From an uncultured bacterium (GTDB lineage: Bacteria > Hydrothermota > Tepidihabitantia > SM23-42 > JAOAFX01): 64,000 bases of DNA. How positions within the stretch are numbered: the first letter of the stretch is position 1; each line of letters begins with the position of its first letter. The notes below the pieces were generated by a model. The model was not told where the DNA came from. It saw nothing but the letters and a program-made list of their open reading frames with translations, and searched no databases. A program made the position numbers and the translations under genes. Location of the stretch: NCBI GenBank assembly GCA_964559225.1, contig CAZLGA010000002.1:11837-75836 (forward strand). The letters are read 5' to 3'. Below are positions 26,510 through 35,500 of the stretch, one piece after another.

Positions 26510-27610
26510 TTATCTAATTATACTCAAAAAAGCCTTTACAACCTTAGGGTCAAATTGTCCGCCGCTTTCCTCTTTCAGTCTTTTAATTGCCTCTTTTTTG
26601 CTTAACGCCTTACGATATGGTCTGTCCGTAGTCATTGCGTCGTATGCATCGGCAACTGCAATAATCCTTGCCCCGATAGGTATTTCACTTTTTTTAAGTC
26701 CATTGGGATAGCCATTACCATCGTATCTTTCGTGTTCGTATTTTATTATCTCGCAGGCACCGGATAAATGGTGGGCGTGTTTTAATATATTATGCCCGAT
26801 CTTGGGATGCTTTTTGATTGTTTCATATTCTTCTTGTGTTAAGGGGCTTGGTTTAGTCAAAACTGAATCACTTATGCCTATCTTTCCAATGTCATGTAAA
26901 TATCCTGCATAATCAATTTCTTCTATAGCCTCGGGTGGAAGTTTTAACTTGCGTGCGATTTTCAATGCATACTTTCTTACCCTTTCTGAATGCCCTGATG
27001 TATATGGGTCTTTTGCCTCAATTGCTGAGACAAGTGTTTTGATACTATCAAGATAACTCTGTTTCAATGAAGAATATAACTCACTGTTCTGGATGGCGAT
27101 AGATGCCTGATTAGCAACCAGTTTTAAAACTTCTAAGTCTCTTTCACTAAATGCATTCTTTTCATAACTTTCAATATTAATAACACCGATTACTTTTTCA
27201 CCTATTTTTAGTGGAACAGCGATTTCAGATTTAGTTTTTTTATCAAAAATGTGATAATGATGATTTCTTGAGACATCGTTGGCAATGTAGGGGTTGCCAG
27301 TCTTGGCTACATAACCGGTTATGCCTTCCCCCAAATTGAGTCTCAATCGTGGTTGTATTTTTTTTGAATAAGGTTTTTCCGCAGCCCTGATTACCAGTTG
27401 TTTTGTTCGTGGATCTATTAAAGCAACAGCAGCCCTTTCGTACTTAAGGGTTTCTTTAAGATGTCGCACGATATGCTGTAACAAAAGTTCAAGATCAAGG
27501 ATAGAAGAAAGTTCCTGACTTATTTGCTGGAGTAGATAAAGTTCTTTTACCATCTGGGATAATTCCATAGTCAATTTTTTATGTTCTGTAATGTCGGTTG
27601 CAATACCCAT
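26510..27610 (-). CDS. GAF + HD-GYP domain protein (c-di-GMP phosphodiesterase). It is the 3' part of a PAS-GAF-HD-GYP gene disrupted in an A10 run.
   Basis: HD motif GYLHDIGKIG. GYP motif ERYDGNGYPNGL. The N-terminus GIATDITEHKK is the end of a PAS/PAC domain. Confidence 0.8.
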   Translation of the reverse strand: MGIATDITEHKKLTMELSQMVKELYLLQQISQELSSILDLELLLQHIVRHLKETLKYERAAVALIDPRTKQLVIRAAEKPYSKKIQPRLRLNLGEGITGYVAKTGNPYIANDVSRNHHYHIFDKKTKSEIAVPLKIGEKVIGVINIESYEKNAFSERDLEVLKLVANQASIAIQNSELYSSLKQSYLDSIKTLVSAIEAKDPYTSGHSERVRKYALKIARKLKLPPEAIEEIDYAGYLHDIGKIGISDSVLTKPSPLTQEEYETIKKHPKIGHNILKHAHHLSGACEIIKYEHERYDGNGYPNGLKKSEIPIGARIIAVADAYDAMTTDRPYRKALSKKEAIKRLKEESGGQFDPKVVKAFLSIIR

Positions 27611-27639
27611 TATACCCTGAACTTTGTCTTCTTTAAAGA

Positions 27640-27990
27640 TTATATGTTCGCTTGTTTTAAGATGGATTTTTTTTTTCTATCTTTATCAAAAACAACTAAT
27701 TCATAAGGTTTGATATCTTGTCCTTTCAACTGCTGAAGGAATGTTTTGCGCACATTCTTAATAGATTCAGGAGCAACGATATGTTTGAAATGTTTTCCCA
27801 GAAGTTCTTTAACTTTATAATGCGAGATTTTTTCAGCAAAGTCGTTTAGATAAACTATCCTGCCTTTACGGTCAATTACATAAATGACTGCGTTCAGATT
27901 TTTAAAGAGTAATTTATAATTGGGATTTATATCTGCAACATCAAAAAAATCTTTAAACTGAAGTCTAAGCTTATTGGGGGAGATCCTCAT
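27640..27990 (-). CDS. PAS-domain fragment, the 5' part of the same PAS-GAF-HD-GYP gene.
   Basis: IYVIDRKGRIVYLNDFAEKISHYKVKELLGKHF. It ends in KKK encoded by the A10 run at 27661-27670 (plus-strand T10). One extra A gives a continuous ...FDKDRKKKIHLKTSEHIIFKEDKVQGIMGIATDITE. Confidence 0.7.
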   Translation of the reverse strand: MRISPNKLRLQFKDFFDVADINPNYKLLFKNLNAVIYVIDRKGRIVYLNDFAEKISHYKVKELLGKHFKHIVAPESIKNVRKTFLQQLKGQDIKPYELVVFDKDRKKKSILKQANI

Positions 27991-28131
27991 CAGTCAATTA
28001 TAATTAATAAATATAATTTGTCAATAATATATTTAACATTTTTGAAAAATTATTTTTGATTTAAATCGTGTGCTTGATTTTTTAAATTATCAGAATATAA
28101 TTAACCAATGAGGTTATAGAAAGGAGTAGTT

Positions 28132-28779
28132 ATGAAGATTAAATTCTTGGGTCATGCAGCGTTTTTAATAACATCAGAAAAAGGTGTTAGAATAATCACT
28201 GACCCATATAAACCGGGTTGTTACGGTGGGGGCATAAAATATAATCCGATAACAGAAGAGGCAGATATTGTAACAATCTCACACGAACACGACGACCACA
28301 ACGAAACAAAGATAAATGGTAATCCTGTTTTTGTGCGAGAATCGGGCAAGAGACAAGTGAAAGGCATAAATATCTCTGGTTACGAGGTTTATCATGACAA
28401 GAATTCAGGAAAAGAAAGGGGGAGGGATGTTATTTTCAATATTGAGATAGACGGTGTTAATGTTGTTCATCTTGGAGACCTTGGACATACACTTACAGAA
28501 TCAGATGCCGAAAAAATTGGAAGAGTGGATATTTTACTCATTCCTGTCGGCGGATATTTCACGATTGATTCTACGGATGCAGAAGCAATTGTAAATTTAC
28601 TTAATCCTAAGGTAGTGATACCAATGCATTTCAAAACTTCTAAATGTGACTTTCCAATTGCGCCGGTTGAAGAATTTACTAAAAGTAAAGAAATAGTGAA
28701 GGTTGATGGCGAATTAGATATCAAAAGTGAGATGCTACCAGAAAAAACTACGATTTACCTGCTAACACCAACAAAATAA
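28132..28779 (+). CDS. Metallo-beta-lactamase-fold metal-dependent hydrolase.
   Basis: HxHxDH motif (ISHEHDDHNE). 215 aa. Confidence 0.7.
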   Translation: MKIKFLGHAAFLITSEKGVRIITDPYKPGCYGGGIKYNPITEEADIVTISHEHDDHNETKINGNPVFVRESGKRQVKGINISGYEVYHDKNSGKERGRDVIFNIEIDGVNVVHLGDLGHTLTESDAEKIGRVDILLIPVGGYFTIDSTDAEAIVNLLNPKVVIPMHFKTSKCDFPIAPVEEFTKSKEIVKVDGELDIKSEMLPEKTTIYLLTPTK

Positions 28780-28793
28780 TTTAAGGGGGTACA

Positions 28794-29633
28794 ATGAGAG
28801 AAATTGAATATAATACAATCGTGGAGACGGTTGCACGATTGTGTAAAGAGGCGAATTATTTTTTAGGTGACGATGTATACAATGCCTTGAGAAATGGACT
28901 GGAAAAAGAAGAATCACCAGTCGGTAAAGATATATTGAATCAACTAATTAAAAATGCAGATATTGCAAAAAGTGAACAGATTCCAATGTGTCAAGATACC
29001 GGGTTTGCTGTAGTATTTCTTGAATATGGTGCCGATGTTCGGGTAAAGGGAGATATTAATAAGGCAATCAGTGAAGGTGTTGCAAAGGGATATACCGAAG
29101 GTTATTTGAGGAAATCTATTCTTTCTGACCCGATTCAGGGCAAAAATACAAATGATAATACCCCGCCTATTATACATACTACAATCGTGCCTGGTGATAA
29201 AATAAAGATAACCGTAGCGCCAAAGGGCGGAGGCAGCGAGAATATGAGCGCGGTTAAGATGATGACACCCGCTGCCGGGATTGAAGGGGTGAAGAAATTT
29301 GTCATTGATACAGTGGTGCAGGCGAGTTCCAATCCCTGCCCCCCAATTGTCGTTGGTGTGGGAATCGGTGGTAATTTTGAGTATGTTGCATATCTTGCAA
29401 AAAAGGCCCTATTGAGAAACATCGGTGAAAGACATCCAGACCCATTCTATGCTGATGTGGAAAGAGAACTGCTCGAAAAGATTAATAGGACCGGAATTGG
29501 TCCAATGGGGCTTGGTGGCAGGATTACCTGTCTTGATGTCTTTATTGAAGTCTTTCCAAGACATATCGCTTCTTTCCCTACAGCAATAAATATTAACTGC
29601 CACGCAGCACGACACAAGAGTGCAGTGATATAA
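28794..29633 (+). CDS. Fe-S hydro-lyase alpha subunit (class I fumarate hydratase / L(+)-tartrate dehydratase alpha type).
   Basis: QDTGFAVVFLEYGADVRV and ...GGGSENMSAVKMM segments are typical of the FumA/TtdA catalytic domain. Confidence 0.8.
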   Translation: MREIEYNTIVETVARLCKEANYFLGDDVYNALRNGLEKEESPVGKDILNQLIKNADIAKSEQIPMCQDTGFAVVFLEYGADVRVKGDINKAISEGVAKGYTEGYLRKSILSDPIQGKNTNDNTPPIIHTTIVPGDKIKITVAPKGGGSENMSAVKMMTPAAGIEGVKKFVIDTVVQASSNPCPPIVVGVGIGGNFEYVAYLAKKALLRNIGERHPDPFYADVERELLEKINRTGIGPMGLGGRITCLDVFIEVFPRHIASFPTAININCHAARHKSAVI

Positions 29634-29669
29634 GCACATAAGTGAGAAGTGGGAAGTAGGAAGTGAAAA

Positions 29670-30029
29670 ATGCAAAATAACAAAGAACTGCGACAACGTC
29701 TTTATGAATTTGCCCTAAGAATTGTTAAATTTGTTCAATCACTTCCCAAAAACTGGGTCGTACTGGAATTAGGAAGACAACTGCTAAGGTCGGGTACATC
29801 TATAGATGCCAATTACGAAGAAGCCTGTGGTGCGTTCAGCAAAAGTGATTTTATTTATAAGTTGAATACATCGTTTAAGGAAGCAAAAGAAAGCCACTAC
29901 TGGTTACGATTGTTATATAACTCCAAAATTGTGACTAATGAGGAAACGCGATATTTACTCCGAGAATCTGAAGAAATTAGAAACATACTTGGAAAAGGGG
30001 TAAAAACAGCAAGGGCAAACAAAAAGTGA
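29670..30029 (+). CDS. Four-helix-bundle protein (23S rRNA intervening-sequence protein family) inserted between the alpha and beta hydro-lyase subunit genes.
   Basis: ELRQRLYEFALRIVKFVQSLPKN...LGRQLLRSGTSIDANYEEA...EAKESHYWLRLL is the hallmark of that family. 119 aa. Confidence 0.75.
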   Translation: MQNNKELRQRLYEFALRIVKFVQSLPKNWVVLELGRQLLRSGTSIDANYEEACGAFSKSDFIYKLNTSFKEAKESHYWLRLLYNSKIVTNEETRYLLRESEEIRNILGKGVKTARANKK

Positions 30030-30092
30030 AAACTTTCTTGATTTCTCACTTCCAACTTATTAAGTTATTATGGTTGTGTACAAGGAGGTAAA

Positions 30093-30650
30093 ATGTCTGA
30101 ACCAATCAGATTGAAAACCCCTCTTTCTGAAGGGGATGTTTTGAAACTTAAAATTGGTGATAGTGTTTTAATCACAGGGAAAATTTACACAGCAAGGGAT
30201 GCAGCCCATAAAAGACTTTTTGAACTTGCACAGAAAGGTGAACCATTGCCTCTTGATTTAAATGGGCAGATTGTGTATTATGCCGGACCCGCACCAGCAA
30301 AACCTGGTTATGTGATTGGTCCAGCCGGTCCCACGACATCGGGTCGGTGCGACCCCTATACCCCTAAATTGCTTGAGATTGGTTTGAAAGGAATGATTGG
30401 TAAGGGTGTGCGTTCAAAGGAAGTGCGTGATGCAATGAAGACATACAAAGCAGTCTATTTTGCGGCGACTGGTGGTGCCGCAGCACTTATTGCCAAAAAT
30501 ATCAAGGCGGTGAAGATAGTTGCTTATGAAGACCTTGGTGCTGAGGCGATTCAGGAACTCGAGGTTGAAGACTTTCCAGTGATTGTTGCCAATGATGCAT
30601 ATGGTGGTGATTTGTATGAAGAAGGTATAAAGCAGTTCAAAAAAGAATAG
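30093..30650 (+). CDS. Fe-S hydro-lyase beta subunit (fumarate hydratase / tartrate dehydratase beta type).
   Basis: KIYTARDAAHKRL...GPAPAKPGYVIGPAGPTTSGR. 185 aa. Partner of the alpha subunit at 28794. Confidence 0.8.
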   Translation: MSEPIRLKTPLSEGDVLKLKIGDSVLITGKIYTARDAAHKRLFELAQKGEPLPLDLNGQIVYYAGPAPAKPGYVIGPAGPTTSGRCDPYTPKLLEIGLKGMIGKGVRSKEVRDAMKTYKAVYFAATGGAAALIAKNIKAVKIVAYEDLGAEAIQELEVEDFPVIVANDAYGGDLYEEGIKQFKKE

Positions 30651-30758
30651 TAAGCGGGTTAGGATTGGGTAGTTGGTTTTTTTCAAATCTATAGCGGCGT
30701 TCTGCCATAAAGTATGGTGTTTTTCTTAACAAACAGTCTTAAAGAAAGGAGATAATGT

Positions 30759-31886
30759 ATGAAAATATGCTTGATTTTGCTTTGTGTGTTAATGCTTTCC
30801 TGCAAACCGCAGGAGAATGTTATAAAGATTGGTCTTGTAGCACCATTGACCGGTGATGTAAAGACTTTTGGTGAATCTACAAAAAATGGCTTTCTGTTGG
30901 CAATTGAAGAAATAAATGCACAGGGTGGAATAAACGGAAAGCAGATAAAGACTTTTATTCAGGATGACAGGAATGACCCGACCGAGGCTAGGAATGCAGG
31001 TAGTAAACTCATAAATCAGGATGGCGTCAAATTAATAATTGGTTCGGTTTCTTCAAAGTGTTCAATATCATTATCACAGGTCTGTCAGGATGCAAGTGCG
31101 GTGATGATAACTCCTACATCAACAAATCCTAAGGTTACTATCAGGGACGACGGTTCTCGTAAAGATTTCATATTCAGAGCCTGTTTTATTGACCCGTTTC
31201 AGGGAAGGGTTGCTGCAAAATTCGCGCTTGAGAATCTGAAGTCAAAGACAACTGCTATCCTTTATGATGTGGGTAATGATTATGTAAAAGGACTTGCTGA
31301 ATTTTATCGTGATAATTTTGTTCAAGGGGGTGGACAGGTGCTGGTTTATGAATCGTATCAGAAGGATGACACAGATTTCTCGGCGTTGTTGACCAAGGTC
31401 AAACAGGCGAATCCAGATATACTTTATATTCCTGATTACTATAACAAGGTGGGTTTAATCGCAAAACAGGCAAGGCAGGTGGGCATAAAATCAATTCTTA
31501 TGGGCGGTGATGGCTGGGATTCACCAGAGATGCTCAAGATTGCGGGTGATGCAATTGTAGGTGGTTATTTTACTAATCATTATTCACCTGATGACTCCAG
31601 ACCTGAAGTTCAGGAATGGGTTAAGAAATACTTAGCAAAATATGGCTCAATGCCTGATGCCTTGGCAACCCTTGGTTATGATGCAACCTGTCTTTTGCTT
31701 GAGGCAATAAAAAAGGCAAATTCTGACAATCCGATAAAGGTAAAAGAATCTTTGCAAGGAATAAAAGATTTCAAATCTGTGTCAGGAAATATTTCATTTG
31801 ATGAATTCGGTAATCCAATAAAAAGTGCTGTGATTCTTAAATATACCAAAGGTGGACAGGAGTATGTAGCAACGGTAAGTCCGTAG
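30759..31886 (+). CDS. Orphan ABC-type branched-chain amino acid (LivK family, type-1 periplasmic binding fold) substrate-binding lipoprotein.
   Basis: Lipoprotein signal MKICLILLCVLMLSC. KIGLVAPLTGDVKTFGES...DPTEARNAGSKLI. No permease or ATPase genes adjacent. Confidence 0.8.
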   Translation: MKICLILLCVLMLSCKPQENVIKIGLVAPLTGDVKTFGESTKNGFLLAIEEINAQGGINGKQIKTFIQDDRNDPTEARNAGSKLINQDGVKLIIGSVSSKCSISLSQVCQDASAVMITPTSTNPKVTIRDDGSRKDFIFRACFIDPFQGRVAAKFALENLKSKTTAILYDVGNDYVKGLAEFYRDNFVQGGGQVLVYESYQKDDTDFSALLTKVKQANPDILYIPDYYNKVGLIAKQARQVGIKSILMGGDGWDSPEMLKIAGDAIVGGYFTNHYSPDDSRPEVQEWVKKYLAKYGSMPDALATLGYDATCLLLEAIKKANSDNPIKVKESLQGIKDFKSVSGNISFDEFGNPIKSAVILKYTKGGQEYVATVSP

Positions 31887-32048
31887 GAAAGTTCACACTG
31901 TCTTAAACCAATAACCACGCCTGTTCAAAGAGCAGGGGTCAGGACTAAAACAGTCTGGTCTTTCTGGTCTATTTAGTCTGTTTGGTTTATCTGGTTTCAT
32001 AACTACTTTCGCTACCATAATCATTCTAATTCTGCTGTAGCAGAATCA

Positions 32049-32066
32049 AAAATAAACACCTTTTCC
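32049..32066. repeat. Perfect 18-nt palindrome attctgcTGTAGCagaat. It shares the TGTAGC core with the repeat family below.
   Basis: Seen directly; self-complementary. Confidence 0.5.
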
Positions 32067-32446
32067 ACTACCAGTTTTTTTTCACTAATTAACAATTTTA
32101 TCAACTAAACCTGAGGGAAGATGATTTGAATTTAATTCCTTTACGGGTTCACAGAGAAGAACCCTGAAAGGTTATTTTTTTATTGTTCATAACATTGGTT
32201 GTATTTATTATAAAGGAGATTATAGAGAAATTGAAGATCATAGTGCCTGAAAGTTTGGGAATTTAGGTAAGTGCAGAAATTTCAAAAATGCGCACACCTA
32301 TTTTGGGGAGTTCTGTTTATTACCATATTTTTTGGAATGAAAATAGCACAAATCTGACACAAGAGGGGGTCAGCAATAGCCTGCCCGTCTGAAAAGATGC
32401 CTTGATGAAAAAAGGATTGTGTGGGTGGAATAAACTAATTCCAGAT

Positions 32447-32511
32447 TGTAGCGTCCAGATTTATCTGGACCGAATAGTTTTTTCGTCCATCTAAAGATGG
32501 ACGCTACAGAT
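32447..32511. repeat. Compound head-to-head pair of TGTAGC hairpin elements (REP/MITE-like small palindromic repeats).
   Basis: TGTAGCGTCCAGAtttaTCTGGACcgaatagttttttCGTCCATCTaaAGATGGACGCTACA. The outer TGTAGCGTCC and GGACGCTACA arms are inverted complements, with two inner hairpins. Confidence 0.6.
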
Positions 32512-32590
32512 GCAATACCTAAATTTACTTTGCCTTCGTAGGTGGTAAACACACTTTTCCATTGACAAACTGCAAAAATTTGATAAACTT

Positions 32591-35500
32591 ATGTATATGC
32601 CAGACGATTTAAGGAAGACTATCATTGAAAGGCTTAAACCTCTTTTTGTTCAGTATGATTCAAGTTTTAAAGATTTTTTATCCATAGGTCAAAAAATTGA
32701 TGATGGGCTTCAAACAAATTCAGAAATTTTGAGTGGAATCCCTCATAGATTTAATAACCTCTCGGCAACTGTAGAACTCGTTCTTGAAGGTGTAGATGTA
32801 TTTGATACTGAAATCAAGAAGATGCACGAATTTCTGAAAAAAAGTATTGAGAATTTTAAAGAATCAGTGCTGATATCAGAAAAAATAAGTTCGGATCTTA
32901 ATAATATCGCAGAGGTTTTAAAGCAAATTCAACGCGGTATTAGGAATCTTGCAGAGATTATTTATAATATCAATTTTGTTTCCGAATCAATAGAGGTTGC
33001 CTCAAGAAATGCGGGAATAACTGCTTTTCATGCTGGCAGAGAGGGAAGGGGTTTTGAGGTAATTGCACGAGAGATGACAGTTCTGGCGCGCAATGTCCAG
33101 GGACCGACAAAAGTTATTCCTGTAGTATCTAACGAATTATTAAGAAATATTGATGAATTAAATCAAGATTTAAAAAAGATTCAAGATGTAATTACATATT
33201 TAAGAGAGATTGGTGAAAAGTTTTTGACTATCAATAACGAATTGCTCACCTTGATTCCGGAGCTTGAAAATTCTATAAGGGATATATCTAATAGTATATC
33301 TGTCCAGAAGGATTTGCATATAAATTTGCAAAAAGAAAGTGATAAGTTGTCTGAATATCTTGGTGATATTTATCGTATCATTAGAACAACCGCAATAACA
33401 GAAATGTTTTTAGGTGCATTTTTTCAGCACCTTAATAATTTAAAAAACAACTTGATGATTGCCGAAGACGAACAGAATTTTTATTATATCTTCAATAGCA
33501 TAAAACAGGTATTGGATAATGAACCAAAATTAGAGGGAGGACATGAGGAATTTTTCAATGTTGCATTAAAAAAGCTTGAAATGCATACTTCAGAAAGATT
33601 GATATTACAGTTTATTTCGGAAGCAAAACATCTCAACGAAGTAATAGGAGTAATATCTGAAAGAATAAAATCCTGGACAAAAACCCATAATTTTGCAAAT
33701 GAAGCATTGACCCGTGCCAAAGTTTTTTATAAGGATATTAGTGAATTACTTTGTTCTTTGAATGAAAAATCAAATAACTTAAAGAAACTTATTAATAAAG
33801 TAGAAAGGCCGGTTCAGGAATTAAAAAGGATATCTGAACGTTCGCGTCTTTTGGGTTTATATGCGGGTATTGAAAGTGCACGCAGTGGAAAATATGCTGA
33901 AGCACTCGGGGTTGTTACTAATGAAATTAAGACGCTTTCAATGAGGTCCTCTGAATTCGTTGGAAGCGTTGACTCGGTTGTTGGAGAGATATTGAAGAAT
34001 ATAAATTATCTCATTTCGTGTTTTTCCCGAACTACTGAAGATGTTGAATTGGGTGTAGCGTCTCTAACTATCTCAATGGAGGCAGTTGGTGAGAGCGGTA
34101 AAGTTCTTGATAACATTACAGCTCTTTCGCAAGAAATGTTGTCTTCTACGATGGAAATGGTAAATCAGTGTGGAATGCTTGGAGAACACTACCGGAATTT
34201 TGATACTGAATACCACAAAATAGGTGAATATTTTTCTTCCTATGGAACGACAATAAAATCAGGTGAAGAATTAACAAAGCAAATGAAGACAATTATAAAT
34301 GAGTTCAAAAAAGAGATTTCTCTGCTTACAACCAAGAGGAAGAAGATAGTATTGCGTGCGACTGAAGACCCAATAACACTTGACCCGGCAATAAAAACAG
34401 ATACTACAAGCCATCAGGTAATTGAACAAATATTTACCGGGCTCTATACCTTTGATCAGTTTAACCGATTGATTCCCGGTGTCGCATTATCATTCACAGT
34501 ATCTGAAGACGGAAAGGTTTGGGATTTCCATCTTAAAAAAGGGGTGAAATTTCATAATGGAAAAGAAGTGCAAGCAAAGGATATTTTGTTTTCACTGGAT
34601 AGGGTTAAAAAGGGTCCTAATGCAAATTTTATAGAGTATCTAAACGAGATGGTTGTTATTGACCCTTACCATATAAGGTTTATACTGAAATTTCCTTATA
34701 TTCCGTTTCTTGCAAACCTTGCCTGTGGTGTATGTGATATAGTTCCTTCAGACTTTAATCCAGATAAGCCGGTGGGTTGTGGTCCATATAGACTTGTTTC
34801 TTATGAAAAGAATAACGAAATTGTTCTTGAGGCTTTTGATGAATTCTATGACGGCAGACCACCGATTGATGAATGTGTGATTAAAACCGTCCGAGACGAC
34901 AGGGAAGCGATTGAATTATTTAAAAATGGTGAAATTTCTATCCTTGATTTAACCCCGGATATGCTACAAGAATTTTCGCAGGAAGGAATTTATACGGGTC
35001 CTGCCCTATCTACTCAGTATCTTGCTATAAACTTTTCTAAAAAAAATCCATTTTTTGATTTAAATGTGCGAAGAGCAATGAATTACGCTATTGATCGCGA
35101 CTATTATTGTCGCACATTGTTGAAAGGAAAAGCAATCCCCGCATTTGGAGTATATCCACCCGGACTTCCTGGATATAATAGAAATCTTCAGGTTTATCAA
35201 TATGATATCAAAAAAGCTCGGGATTTAATGCGCCAGGCAGGATTCGGGGGTGGAATTCCAGAGGAATTCGTCTTTGATGTCCGGGCAGGGGTTGATACAG
35301 TCAAAAGGGCAGAATTCATAAAAGATTCGTTTGCCAAGATTGGTATCCATCTACAGATAAATCCCCTGCCCTGGAAAGAGTTTCTTGATAAAACATATAG
35401 TGGAAATAGTGTGCTCAGTCTGAGGGGGTGGGTATCGGACAACGGTGACCCAGATAATTTTGTCTATACACTATTTCATTCAAAGAATTTTGGAGCGAGT

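Noticed and set aside
32370-32552. 60-aa minus-strand ORF in the long intergenic gap
   Set aside because: It overlaps the palindromic TGTAGC repeats and has no RBS. The region is more likely non-coding.
32562-32590. Sigma-70-like promoter TTGACA-16-TAAACT directly abutting the 32591 start codon
   Set aside because: The predicted TSS would fall inside the annotated start codon. It would only work with a downstream or leaderless start, so it is not reported as a feature.
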